Shown: piece by piece, positions 26,930 through 36,255 of the stretch
How the letters are laid out: each line of letters starts with the position of its first letter
Numbering within the stretch: position 1 is the stretch's first letter
Source: Bacillota bacterium
GTDB lineage: Bacteria > Bacillota > Limnochordia > Darwinibacteriales > DTU012
Assembly: GCA_012798795.1 (NCBI GenBank)
Contig: JAAZMN010000131.1
Location: 1 to 46,048 of the forward strand
Direction: 5' to 3'
Length of the DNA: 46,048 nucleotides
Position numbers and translations under genes: made by a program
The notes under the pieces: model-generated
Databases searched by the model: none
What the model saw: only the letters and a program-made list of their open reading frames with translations
What the model was told of the DNA's origin: nothing

Positions 26930-28228
26930 CTATTTAAGGGTATCATTTATAACCTGCCAAATCCCTGGATCTTCTTGTCCCAAACGCCAAAGTGCAATAC
27001 CGTTTAACTTATATTTGTTTACCAGCTCAAGTTTATATTTGATACTGTAACGATTTTCAAACCATACTTCGTGGCCGTTACCGTATTTAAAATAAGGAAC
27101 TTTGTCATTGCTCTGCCAGCGCACATTTGCTCCTTCAGATGCAGCTAGCTGCATGGTTTGATTATAAGTTAGGCCTTGAGCAGTACCACTTTTTGGCCAA
27201 TCGTAACCATAGTTGGGGATGCCTAAAACTATTTTATCTGCGGGAACTTGACTAAGAGTATATTGGATTACTGACTCAACCCACTGTACCGAAGCAATCG
27301 GTCCGGGAGTTCCTCCGCGATAGTGCTGGTCATAAGCCATAATAACCAGCTTGTCCACATACTTACTTAATTGAGCATAATCGTAAGCCCCGGTATAATC
27401 GCTATTTGCATTATCGCTGGTTTTAGCAGGCACTGCCATTGTTATTTCAAGTCCATCTGGCTGCAGCTTGCGGCTTAATTCAGCGACAAATTCGGTTAAT
27501 GCATCTTTGTCAGCTGCTGGGACATTTTCCAAATCTAGGTTAATACCGCTTAAACCCCAGTTAATCAAAGTCTGGTGAATTTGCTCAACGGCTTGTTTAG
27601 CGGCATATTTATTGTTGATAAAATTACTTATTACACGACTGTCAAAACTTCCGCTAAACATATTATGCACTAAGGCATAAGTTTTGAGCTGGCGATTACC
27701 TGCAAATTCAAGCACTTCGCCTAATGAAGCTGCATCAAAGTCGCCGGTTAAGTTACCATAACTGTCCAGGCTCCAACTCCATGGAGCAATGGAAGTAAGT
27801 GAATTGCTGTTTTGAATTAAACTATCAAAGGATTGAGATGCCAAGATGTAATATCCCATAACTGTCTTTCCATGCGCTTTCACTTCTTGGGAATCGGGCA
27901 AAGTTATATTGATGAGATAGCCTGCGACCCAACCGGTTCTCCCGTCTTGTATGCGAATTTGGTACCAACCGTCTTTTTGGTCGAGCAATATGACGTCCGT
28001 TCCAATATTGAGAGAAGTAATCGCATTATACTGTGTTCCCGGCCCAGTACGTACAGTTACTCTATCGGTAATGATTTGTCCTTGCCGTCCAATTACATTA
28101 GATTCCACAATGCTTGTCTCCTGGGAATGAGTAGGGGGAGAATCAGTAACAGGTCCATTACTGCCTCCAAGAATACTTGAGATATAAAATAATAATGTTA
28201 AAATTGGAATTAGATAATTTTGATTCAT
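26930..28228 (-). CDS. SH3-domain glycoside hydrolase family 18 (YdhD/YaaH-like spore peptidoglycan hydrolase)
   Basis: Signal or TM segment, a bacterial SH3 domain (VRTGPGTQYNAITSLNIGTDVILLDQKDGWYQIR) and a GH18 domain with GINLDLE (catalytic Glu) and MAYDQH. The start is ATG 28228, 6 nt after GGAGAGGAGG. Confidence 0.85.
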   Translation of the reverse strand: MNQNYLIPILTLLFYISSILGGSNGPVTDSPPTHSQETSIVESNVIGRQGQIITDRVTVRTGPGTQYNAITSLNIGTDVILLDQKDGWYQIRIQDGRTGWVAGYLINITLPDSQEVKAHGKTVMGYYILASQSFDSLIQNSNSLTSIAPWSWSLDSYGNLTGDFDAASLGEVLEFAGNRQLKTYALVHNMFSGSFDSRVISNFINNKYAAKQAVEQIHQTLINWGLSGINLDLENVPAADKDALTEFVAELSRKLQPDGLEITMAVPAKTSDNANSDYTGAYDYAQLSKYVDKLVIMAYDQHYRGGTPGPIASVQWVESVIQYTLSQVPADKIVLGIPNYGYDWPKSGTAQGLTYNQTMQLAASEGANVRWQSNDKVPYFKYGNGHEVWFENRYSIKYKLELVNKYKLNGIALWRLGQEDPGIWQVINDTLK

Positions 28229-28480
28229 AACTGTCCTCCTCTCCACCAATCAATAACAATTACTGATATCGTTATATCGCAATACCATGATATCATATTT
28301 TCCATCGCTGATTCAAAGGAAAAATAGTGTTATTGTTGAAGATTATTACACTTAGGTTAATAAAATCAGTCAAAGAAAATAAAAGTTAGTGTAAACTAAA
28401 GTCTTGTAATTTTTCCATAATAGTGATATTCTATAATTGACTCCGTGCTCAAGGGAGATGGTTATAAGGAGAGATCCGAT

Positions 28481-29812
28481 TTGACCATTCGCGGAGTCAT
28501 TTTTAATTGTTTTTTATGCGTTTTAATGCTGGTTTTAACAGCAGCTGTCACCGAAGCCTCCGGTAATGTTTATGGTATTATCAATTTTAAGCCATTCAGC
28601 CTGCAACATAGATTAACCTGGAATTTAGACTATGATTTAACCAAAGAACACAATTTATCAGGTAAAATTGTTATTAACAGCAGCAGTGAATCTGGCCTCA
28701 ATTTTGAATTCTGCAATTGGATATTCAACTATCAGCCGGATTCAATCAGACAACTAACACTTTCTTACAATCATCCGCTGATTACATCTGCGGATATTTT
28801 CAGAATCCTACATAAAGATTATTATGGAATGGATGGATTGTCTCTCGCTTATCAACAAGAGGATCCTGAATTTCTAGTTATAATCATCGAAAAAGCTTCT
28901 ATTAGCGGCGGATTAACAAGTCCTGCAGCTTATTTCCAGGTGTCTCAATTACTGCGGCAGTTAAGTTTAAAATTATCCGGATTGCGATATGATTCCGGTT
29001 ATGTTTGGACTCAAATTTCTGATACGAATAATTGGGATTTTTTGCGTAATTTGGGAGATATATTGGTAATAGAGGGTTGGGTTGATTTAACTCAGTCGCA
29101 TTCTGTGAATTTCGGTTATGGTTATCAGCACCGAGTTTATGAACAGCAGGGAGTTGCAGAGTCTTTTTGCAGCCAAGCGCTGGTAGTTAACGGCAAATTC
29201 AATCATGACTTTTTCTATTTTGAGCCTGGTTTTCGCTGTATTGGTAAAGATTTTGATTGGCCTTTAACAAAAACAAAATCCTATGCCCGTGATCGAATTG
29301 GATTTGTCAGTAAAACCGGATTTAACTTGAATCAGTGGAAAATCACGCTTAATTTCGATCAGCTGAGTAATATGGACAAAACCCGTCGGTATTTAAATTC
29401 AAATATGAGAATTGAGTATCGAAAAAATGGCCGAGTTGGTTATATGACGATAAATTGGCAGCCAAACCAAAGAATTACCTATGGATACCGCAGAGGAAAA
29501 TTGAACCTGGAATGGCGTATGGATTTACCGCAAGTCAAACTTCAATATGTACTAAAAAACCACGAAGTAAAGCTTGCCAGTTCATCTTTGAGTCAGCATC
29601 GCATAGAATATAGGTATAGTGGTGATGTGAATTTCCGGGTGATCTATAAACTGGATACCAAAACTCAGCGGGATTATTTCTATGCCTGCACTCGTTTTGA
29701 GAAAGAGGGGTGTCGGCTTGAGCTTAGTTATGGCGAAAGCGATAATGGGCAGTTAGCAGCAAAATTTGATCTTGAACCCAGTTTACAATTTTCTTGGGGT
29801 TGGAGTTGGTAA
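28481..29812 (+). CDS. Secreted beta-strand-rich protein of unknown function (beta-barrel-like)
   Basis: It is a long ORF. The favoured start is TTG 28481, 9 nt after AAGGAG (28466-28471), which gives the signal peptide MTIRGVIFNCFLCVLMLVLTAAVTEA/SG. The protein is rich in Y, W, N and Q in alternating patterns and ends ...LQFSWGWSW. I recognise no family. Confidence 0.7.
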   Translation: MTIRGVIFNCFLCVLMLVLTAAVTEASGNVYGIINFKPFSLQHRLTWNLDYDLTKEHNLSGKIVINSSSESGLNFEFCNWIFNYQPDSIRQLTLSYNHPLITSADIFRILHKDYYGMDGLSLAYQQEDPEFLVIIIEKASISGGLTSPAAYFQVSQLLRQLSLKLSGLRYDSGYVWTQISDTNNWDFLRNLGDILVIEGWVDLTQSHSVNFGYGYQHRVYEQQGVAESFCSQALVVNGKFNHDFFYFEPGFRCIGKDFDWPLTKTKSYARDRIGFVSKTGFNLNQWKITLNFDQLSNMDKTRRYLNSNMRIEYRKNGRVGYMTINWQPNQRITYGYRRGKLNLEWRMDLPQVKLQYVLKNHEVKLASSSLSQHRIEYRYSGDVNFRVIYKLDTKTQRDYFYACTRFEKEGCRLELSYGESDNGQLAAKFDLEPSLQFSWGWSW

Positions 29813-29813
29813 A

Positions 29814-30083
29814 ATGCGGTATTCCGATTTGGCTGGCAAAGAAATAGTATGTTTTGACGAAGGTATTCGCCTGGGCATTGTCAATGATACAGATTTAATT
29901 ATTAACACAAAGACCGGTGAGGTAGATTCGATTATAATCCCATATGGCAGAGGTTTTTTTAGAAAGAGAATGATTGTAATACCTTGGAAAGGCATTAAAA
30001 AAATCGGCCGCGATTTAATTATCGTAGATTTATCTACAGCTCAGGATTACGAAGATATCGTTCGCAGACTTGATCTCGAATAA
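29814..30083 (+). CDS. ymxH: YlmC/YmxH-family sporulation protein (PRC-barrel)
   Basis: The YmxH signature runs MRYSDLAGKEIVCFDEGIRLGIVNDTDLIIN...GEVDSIIIP...IPWKGIKKIGRDLIIVD. ATG 29814 lies 1 nt after the upstream stop. Confidence 0.85.
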   Translation: MRYSDLAGKEIVCFDEGIRLGIVNDTDLIINTKTGEVDSIIIPYGRGFFRKRMIVIPWKGIKKIGRDLIIVDLSTAQDYEDIVRRLDLE

Positions 30084-30142
30084 TTTTCCTAAATAAATGG
30101 GTACAATAAACTGTATCCATTATATGAAAGGGGGATTCTTGT

Positions 30143-30646
30143 TTGTCAACTGTTATAGGTGTATTTAAGCAAACTGATGCTGCAGAAAAAGCAGTAAAGG
30201 CTTTACGAGAAAAAGGATTCAGTGAAAACGAGATCTCAATAATTGCTAAAGAACAAGGAAAAACAGTTAAACGCGATATGGAGGTCGGCGGTGATTTAGG
30301 TGGTGGTGAAAATATCGCTGATGGTACTGCCTGGGGCGGTGCATTAGGCGGTATAGCCGGTCTGCTTGCTGGTGTTGGTGCCCTGGCTATCCCGGGAATT
30401 GGTCCAATTGTGGCTGCAGGCCCATTGGCAGGAGCTCTTTCTGGAGCAGTAACCGGAGGAGTAGCTGGAGGTTTAATTGATTTGGGCATTCCTGAAGAAC
30501 GAGGCCAGGAATATGAAAAACAATTAAAGGCCGGTGGTATATTAGCAGTAATTGAAACTAGCCCCGATAAGGTTAGTGAAGCCAGTGAGATTTTACGGCG
30601 CTATGGTGCTAAAGATGTAGAAAGCCACGGCGGAGCGACAAGATAG
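30143..30646 (+). CDS. General stress protein 17M/YflT-like protein with central glycine-zipper segment
   Basis: The N-terminal domain (VIGVFKQTDAAEKAVKALREKGFSENEISII) and the C-terminal repeat (IPEERGQEYEKQLKAGGILAVIE) flank a Gly/Ala-rich hydrophobic core. The start is TTG. Confidence 0.7.
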   Translation: MSTVIGVFKQTDAAEKAVKALREKGFSENEISIIAKEQGKTVKRDMEVGGDLGGGENIADGTAWGGALGGIAGLLAGVGALAIPGIGPIVAAGPLAGALSGAVTGGVAGGLIDLGIPEERGQEYEKQLKAGGILAVIETSPDKVSEASEILRRYGAKDVESHGGATR

Positions 30647-30656
30647 GAGTGTTTGA

Positions 30657-30688
30657 AAAGAGACTGTGGAAACAGTCTCTTTTTTGTT
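30657..30688 (+). terminator. Rho-independent terminator
   Basis: AAAGAGACTGT (30657-30667), loop GGAA, then ACAGTCTCTTT (30672-30682), followed by TTTTG. Confidence 0.75.
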
Positions 30689-30752
30689 CTAAGAAGGATA
30701 TAGTTAACAGATCAAGAAAAAGGATATATTTGGTAATAGTGGAGGAATTATT

Positions 30753-31517
30753 ATGATTAGAGTTTTAGTAAGTGGCGCTGCAGGCAAAATGGGTCGGGAA
30801 GTGATTCAAGCTGTAAATCAGCAAAGCGATATGCAGATTGTAGCCGGGGTTGATCCTGCGGCTGACACAGATATTCAAGGTGTAGAGTTGTTTGTAAATT
30901 TAGATGCGGCAATTGATGCGACGAAACCAGATGTTGTAGTGGATTTTACTCATCCTAATGCGGTGATAGAGAACATTAAGACCTGTTTAGCAAAGGAAAT
31001 AAGTATTGTAGTGGGTACCACTGGATTAAATGAAGCAGAATTAAAGCTGCTTGAAGTTGAAGCAAAGAATAAGGATTGGGCGGCTATAATCGTGCCTAAT
31101 TTTGCTATTGGAGCCGTATTGATGATGCGGTTTGCCAAAGAGGCAGCCCAGTATTTTTCAGATGTAGAAATTATTGAATATCACCATAATGAAAAAAAGG
31201 ATGCGCCCTCCGGTACAGCCATGAAGACTGCGGAAATAATCAATCAGCATCTTACAGCAAGAGAACCGGTTGTCGATGATAGTTTTGAAATAATTAAAGG
31301 GGCAGCAGGTGCGGTTAGCGGAAAAGTGCGGATTCACAGTGTGCGGTTACCCGGTTATGTAGCTCATCAAGAGGTAATCTTCAGTTCTTTGGGTCAAAAT
31401 TTAATTATTCGTCACGATTCTACTCACCGTAAAAGTTTTATGCCGGGAGTATTATTAGCTATTCGTAAGCTTCCTGCCCTTAAAGGTTTTGTATACGGAT
31501 TAGAGCAGATCTTATAG
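30753..31517 (+). CDS. dapB: 4-hydroxy-tetrahydrodipicolinate reductase
   Basis: SGAAGKMG dinucleotide fold and the EYHHNEKKDAPSGTA catalytic motif. Confidence 0.92.
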   Translation: MIRVLVSGAAGKMGREVIQAVNQQSDMQIVAGVDPAADTDIQGVELFVNLDAAIDATKPDVVVDFTHPNAVIENIKTCLAKEISIVVGTTGLNEAELKLLEVEAKNKDWAAIIVPNFAIGAVLMMRFAKEAAQYFSDVEIIEYHHNEKKDAPSGTAMKTAEIINQHLTAREPVVDDSFEIIKGAAGAVSGKVRIHSVRLPGYVAHQEVIFSSLGQNLIIRHDSTHRKSFMPGVLLAIRKLPALKGFVYGLEQIL

Positions 31518-31585
31518 GATTTTGTCACCAGCCTTCGCTCCAACTCATAATATAACGTGAGTGTATCGGGGAGGAGGTAATGAAA

Positions 31586-32488
31586 ATGGAAATTAACCTG
31601 ACAGATGTTTCCGTTGCTGTGCTTGGAGGTGATCTGCGCGAACTAGAATTAGCTAAAACTCTACTAAATTATAATATTGATCTTCGTTTAGTTGGTTTTC
31701 CCAGATGTCCTGAACTAGAAAACGCAATATATTTTTTCGACGCTTTTGAAGCTGTAAAAGGTGCTGAGTTTGTTATGGCTCCAATGGCTAATACTGATAT
31801 GGAGGGCAGAATATTTCTGCGTTTAGATAATGAAGAGCCGATAGATCTAAAAAAACTCATTCCTGTTTTTAGTGCGAATACAGTATTATTTATTGGCGTA
31901 GCCAAACCTGTTATTACTGAATTGGCCGATAAATATCAGATAAGAATAGTTGAAACAGCTGAGATCGATGAAGTAGCCATTCTTAATTCTATTCCCACCG
32001 CTGAGGGTGCTATCCAGCTGGCAATGGAAGAATTACCGATTACACTTCACGGTTCAAAATGTCTAATAGTTGGTTTTGGAAGATGCGGCATGACGTTGGC
32101 ACGCAATTTGAAGTCATTAGGCGCCAAGGTAAGCATAGCAACACGGAGAAAATCGCAATTAGCTCGTGCTATTGAGATGGGACTAATACCGTTACCACTA
32201 AAGGAGTTAATCAATCACACAGAATTTGATGTGATTTTTAATTTTGCTCCTGCTCTTATATTGACCAGATCTTATTTAGAGCGGTTAAGAAAGTCTACAT
32301 TAATTATTGATCTGGCAGCAGCACCGGGAGGAGTTGACTATGATGCTGCAGAATTGTTAGGAATCAAATCCATTTTAGCATTATCACTTCCGGGTAAAGT
32401 TGCCCCGGTTACGGCTGGAAAAATATTGTCTGATTGTATTCCTCGATTACTCCAAGAAATCATAGGAGGCGATGAGAATGCAATTTAA
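31586..32488 (+). CDS. dpaA: Dipicolinate synthase subunit A
   Basis: AVLGGDLRELELAKTL plus a Rossmann GFGRCG motif. ATG 31586 is 8 nt after GGAGGAGG; the in-frame ATG at 31580 is too close to the RBS. Confidence 0.85.
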   Translation: MEINLTDVSVAVLGGDLRELELAKTLLNYNIDLRLVGFPRCPELENAIYFFDAFEAVKGAEFVMAPMANTDMEGRIFLRLDNEEPIDLKKLIPVFSANTVLFIGVAKPVITELADKYQIRIVETAEIDEVAILNSIPTAEGAIQLAMEELPITLHGSKCLIVGFGRCGMTLARNLKSLGAKVSIATRRKSQLARAIEMGLIPLPLKELINHTEFDVIFNFAPALILTRSYLERLRKSTLIIDLAAAPGGVDYDAAELLGIKSILALSLPGKVAPVTAGKILSDCIPRLLQEIIGGDENAI

Positions 32489-33080
32489 AGGTGTCAAGCT
32501 TGGATTTGCATTAACTGGCAGCCACTGTACTTATGCGGATATTTGGTCACAAATTGAGTCATTAGTAAATTTAGGAGCTGATGTATATCCTATTGCAGCA
32601 CATTCCGCAGCATATACTGATACGCGATTCGGTAAAGGTAGAGAAATTATCGCTAAATTGGAGCAATCGACGGGTAAGGATGTTATAATAGATATTGTAG
32701 ATGCTGAACCTGTAGGACCTAAAAAGTTGTTTGATGTTTTAATTATAGCTCCGTGTACAGGCAATTCATTAGCCAAATTGGCTAATGGCATTATCGATAC
32801 CGGAGTTTTAATGGCGGCAAAAGCCCATTTGCGCAATGAAAAACCCTTAGTAATTGGGATTTCTACTAATGACGGTCTCAGCATGAATGCTAAAAATATA
32901 GGTATATTGCTTAATGTACGTAATGTGTTTTTTGTTCCTTTTGGTCAGGATAATCCACAGCAGAAACCTAACTCTTTGGTAGCAGATATGAGCTTAATTA
33001 TTCCGACAATAGAACAAGCTGTTAATTATCAGCAGATTCAACCCATTATTATTGAAAGAACTATGAGAAAGGTTAATTAA
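32478..33080 (+). CDS. dpaB: Dipicolinate synthase subunit B
   Basis: GFALTGSHCTY and PCTGNSLAKLANGI flavoprotein-like motifs. ATG 32478 is 8 nt after AGGAGG and overlaps the dpaA end. Confidence 0.88.
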   Translation: MQFKGVKLGFALTGSHCTYADIWSQIESLVNLGADVYPIAAHSAAYTDTRFGKGREIIAKLEQSTGKDVIIDIVDAEPVGPKKLFDVLIIAPCTGNSLAKLANGIIDTGVLMAAKAHLRNEKPLVIGISTNDGLSMNAKNIGILLNVRNVFFVPFGQDNPQQKPNSLVADMSLIIPTIEQAVNYQQIQPIIIERTMRKVN

Positions 33081-33092
33081 GGAGGAAACAGA

Positions 33093-34124
33093 TTGAGAGC
33101 GGTAAATGTAGCAGTTTTAGGTGCAACCGGCGCTGTAGGCCAGGAAATACTGGATATATTGGCAGAGAGGGAATTTCCGATTAAATCTTTGAAGCTATTA
33201 GCTTCACCTCGTTCTGCAGGAAAAACTCTCAAGTACAATGATGTAGAGCATGTAGTTGAAGCCTTAAGTCCGGATAAGTTTGACAATGTAGATATTGCAT
33301 TTTTTTCTGCAGGTTCCAGTGTAAGCAAACAGTGGGCGAAAGCAGCTGTTGAAGCTGGATGTATTGTAATTGACAATTCCAGTGCTTTTAGAATGGCTCC
33401 TGACGTTCCTTTGGTTGTTCCTGAAGTGAATAAAGATGCAATCAAGCAGCATAATGGTATTATTGCCAATCCTAATTGTTCTACTATTATTATGGCAGTA
33501 GCTATAAAGCCAATTTATGATGTGGTAGGAATAAAGAGAATTGTCACCAGCACTTATCAAGCAGTATCAGGAGCAGGTCACAGGGCTATTACCGAGTTGG
33601 AGGAACAGGTGCATGCTTATACTGATCAAAAACATATTCAAGCTGATGTTTTGCCTGTGGCCAGTTTGCCTAATCATTATCCGATTCTATTTAATGTAAT
33701 CCCGCAAATAGATATTCCGGGAGACGGAGGCTATACTAAAGAAGAATGGAAAATGGTTAATGAAACACAAAAAATATTTAATGATACAAGCATGAAAATC
33801 ACAGCAACTACTGTGCGAGTACCGGTAATCCGCTCTCATTCAGAGTCAATTAACATAGAGACACATGAGAAATTATCTGTGGAGGAGTGCAGAAAACTAA
33901 TAGCTCAAGCTCCAGGTTTAAAGTTAGTGGATGATCTTCAAGCCCAAATTTATCCCATGCCTATTGATACATCCAAACAAGATCTTGTGTGGGTAGGACG
34001 AATCAGAGAAGATATGTCAATTGAAAGAGGTCTAAATCTATGGGTAGTAGGAGATCAAATTCGCAAAGGAGCTGCATTAAATTCTGTTCAAATCGCTGAG
34101 CATGTTATTTCAAATCAGAGGTGA
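33093..34124 (+). CDS. asd: Aspartate-semialdehyde dehydrogenase
   Basis: VAVLGATGAVGQE, NPNCSTI (active-site Cys) and GDQIRKGAALN. Confidence 0.95.
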   Translation: MRAVNVAVLGATGAVGQEILDILAEREFPIKSLKLLASPRSAGKTLKYNDVEHVVEALSPDKFDNVDIAFFSAGSSVSKQWAKAAVEAGCIVIDNSSAFRMAPDVPLVVPEVNKDAIKQHNGIIANPNCSTIIMAVAIKPIYDVVGIKRIVTSTYQAVSGAGHRAITELEEQVHAYTDQKHIQADVLPVASLPNHYPILFNVIPQIDIPGDGGYTKEEWKMVNETQKIFNDTSMKITATTVRVPVIRSHSESINIETHEKLSVEECRKLIAQAPGLKLVDDLQAQIYPMPIDTSKQDLVWVGRIREDMSIERGLNLWVVGDQIRKGAALNSVQIAEHVISNQR

Positions 34125-34129
34125 CTGGT

Positions 34130-35365
34130 ATGAAAACTTGTGTGCAAAAATTTGGAGGTAGTTCATTAATATCAGTCAAGCAGCGAAAGCAGGTTGTTGA
34201 TAGAATTACAAGGACAATTAATGACGGGTATCAACCTGTAGTTGTTGTATCAGCAATGGGTAGAGCGAAAGATCCTTATGCAACAGATACATTAATAGAA
34301 TTAGTAAAAGAAATTAATAGTGATCCATGTTTGCGCAATATGGATATGCTGTTAAGCTGCGGCGAGATTATATCAGCAGTAGTTTTAGCAGAAACATTAA
34401 ATCAATTAGGTTATACAGCAGTTGCTTTGACAGGTTGGCAGTCAGGAATTATTACAGATGAGAATTTCGGTAATGCTAGAATCTTATCGGTTAATACCGA
34501 TTTAATCACTAAGTTATTAGAAGAAGGGAAAATTCCCATAGTAACCGGATTTCAAGGGTGTACTTTATCAGGGGAGGTAACTACATTAGGGCGTGGTGGA
34601 AGTGACACGACTGCTGTCGCTTTAGGGGCAGCACTTAGTTGTGATACAGTGGAAATATATACAGATGTTGACGGAGTTAAAACTGCTGATCCTCGCTTGA
34701 TTCCTGATGCTCCCACCATATCGTCTATCACGTATCAGGAGATCATGGAGTTAGCTCATCTAGGTACTAGAGTAATCCACCCTAGAGCGGTTGAAATTGC
34801 TATGGAAGCTGGAATTGAGTTAAAAATTCTCGGGCTCGACCAGCTGAGTTGTGGTACAATAATACGTAAAGGGTTAAGTGGCAGAATTGATCCAAAGCAG
34901 ATTTCTGATCGAGTTGTAACAGGTATTGCCCAGATAACCGGCTGTGCACATGTAAAAATCAGTGGAGTTGAAGATTTCAATAAATCACATTTGACCTTAA
35001 TAATATTTGATATTTTGGCCACAAAAGGTGTTAGCGTAGATTTGATTTATCTATCTCCAAAATTAATCGCTTTTATTATTGATGATAAAATGTCTGCATT
35101 AGTAAGGGAGGTTTTAGCCGATTTAGGATTGAATATAACAGTGGACCTAGGATATGCGAAAGTATCTGTAGTGGGAGCAGGTATGCACGGTGTTCCAGGG
35201 GTAATGGCAAGAGTTGTACGAAGTCTAGACCAGGCCAATGTCCCAATTTATCAAACAACAGATTCACATGCCAATATTTCTTGCTTAATTAAAGAAAAGA
35301 AATTAGCGGCAGCTGTCAGAGCTTTGTTTGATGAATTCGAGTTGTCTAAAGAGGGGGTTAATTAA
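34130..35365 (+). CDS. dapG: Aspartate kinase (DapG-type)
   Basis: VQKFGGSSL, GRGGSDTTA and C-terminal ACT domains. ATG 34130 is 6 nt after GAGGTG. An alternative GTG at 34121 overlaps the asd stop. Confidence 0.9.
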   Translation: MKTCVQKFGGSSLISVKQRKQVVDRITRTINDGYQPVVVVSAMGRAKDPYATDTLIELVKEINSDPCLRNMDMLLSCGEIISAVVLAETLNQLGYTAVALTGWQSGIITDENFGNARILSVNTDLITKLLEEGKIPIVTGFQGCTLSGEVTTLGRGGSDTTAVALGAALSCDTVEIYTDVDGVKTADPRLIPDAPTISSITYQEIMELAHLGTRVIHPRAVEIAMEAGIELKILGLDQLSCGTIIRKGLSGRIDPKQISDRVVTGIAQITGCAHVKISGVEDFNKSHLTLIIFDILATKGVSVDLIYLSPKLIAFIIDDKMSALVREVLADLGLNITVDLGYAKVSVVGAGMHGVPGVMARVVRSLDQANVPIYQTTDSHANISCLIKEKKLAAAVRALFDEFELSKEGVN

Positions 35366-35367
35366 AA

Positions 35368-36255
35368 GTGAGAGTAGGTCAAGTTTTAACTGCAATGATA
35401 ACACCGATGAAAGAAGACGGAACAGTTGATTATAATCAAGCAGTTAGGTTAGCAGAAATACTGGTTAATAACGGTTCGGATGGATTAGTACTCGGCGGAA
35501 CTACTGGAGAATCTCCTACACTTAGTTTTGATGAAAAGGTCCAATTATTTTCTGAGATTGTTAATGAGTTAGGTGGTAAAACTGAGGTAATTGCCGGAAC
35601 CGGTTCCTATGATACAGCACAGAGTATCGCTTTGACTAAAGCTGCTGAAAATACCGGTGTCGACGGAATTATGTTAGTGACGCCTTATTACAACAAACCA
35701 TCACAAGAAGGATTATATAAACATTTTAGAACCATTGCCGAAAATTCCAGCCTGCCGATTATGCTCTATAATATACCGGGACGGACGCAAGTAAATCTCA
35801 TGCCGGAAACAGTGGCAAGATTAGCTGAAATTCCAAATATTGTTGCTATAAAAGAAGCAAGTGGTGATCTAGAGCAAGTTAGTTATCTGCGTACAATTAC
35901 TAATCAAGATTTCTTGATTTATTCCGGAGATGATTCACTTACTCTGCCGATACTGTCGGTTGGCGGGTGTGGAGTTGTGAGTGTAGCTGCACATCTAGTC
36001 GGTAGGCGAATAAAGGCCATGGTTGATGCCTTTTTTGCCGGTAGGGTTCAAGAAGCAACAAGTATACATCTGGAATTGCTGAAGATTTTTAGGACGCTGT
36101 TTATTACTACCAATCCAGTTCCTGTCAAACGGAGTTTGGAATATTTGGGGATTCAAACCGGTCCCGTTCGGCTGCCGCTTGTAGACTTAACTCAAGAGGA
36201 AGCCGAGAAGATTAAAGAGACATTAAGGCAGTATGGCTTGTTGGAGCACCTTTAG
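35368..36255 (+). CDS. dapA: 4-hydroxy-tetrahydrodipicolinate synthase
   Basis: GTTGESPTLS, YYNKPSQEG, LYNIPGRT and IKEASGD (Schiff-base Lys). Confidence 0.93.
   Translation: MRVGQVLTAMITPMKEDGTVDYNQAVRLAEILVNNGSDGLVLGGTTGESPTLSFDEKVQLFSEIVNELGGKTEVIAGTGSYDTAQSIALTKAAENTGVDGIMLVTPYYNKPSQEGLYKHFRTIAENSSLPIMLYNIPGRTQVNLMPETVARLAEIPNIVAIKEASGDLEQVSYLRTITNQDFLIYSGDDSLTLPILSVGGCGVVSVAAHLVGRRIKAMVDAFFAGRVQEATSIHLELLKIFRTLFITTNPVPVKRSLEYLGIQTGPVRLPLVDLTQEEAEKIKETLRQYGLLEHL

Noticed and set aside
30034-30489. 151-aa Pro/Ala-rich minus-strand ORF
   Set aside because: It is the mirror image of the Gly/Ala-rich (GGN/GCN) segment of the plus-strand stress-protein gene, since GGN codons read antisense as NCC (Pro/Ala/Thr/Ser). 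It has no independent support.
30647-30752. A search for a lysine (L-box) riboswitch upstream of the dapB, asd, dapG and dapA genes
   Set aside because: The only non-coding stretch here is about 105 nt and is mostly occupied by the upstream terminator. The asd, dapG and dapA junctions are under 15 nt. There is no room for an L-box of about 180 nt and no recognisable conserved core.
33077-33560. Minus-strand ORFs (130 aa and 98 aa) antisense to asd
   Set aside because: asd on the plus strand is unambiguous, with the active-site NPNCSTI motif. The antisense ORFs lack an RBS and any family resemblance.
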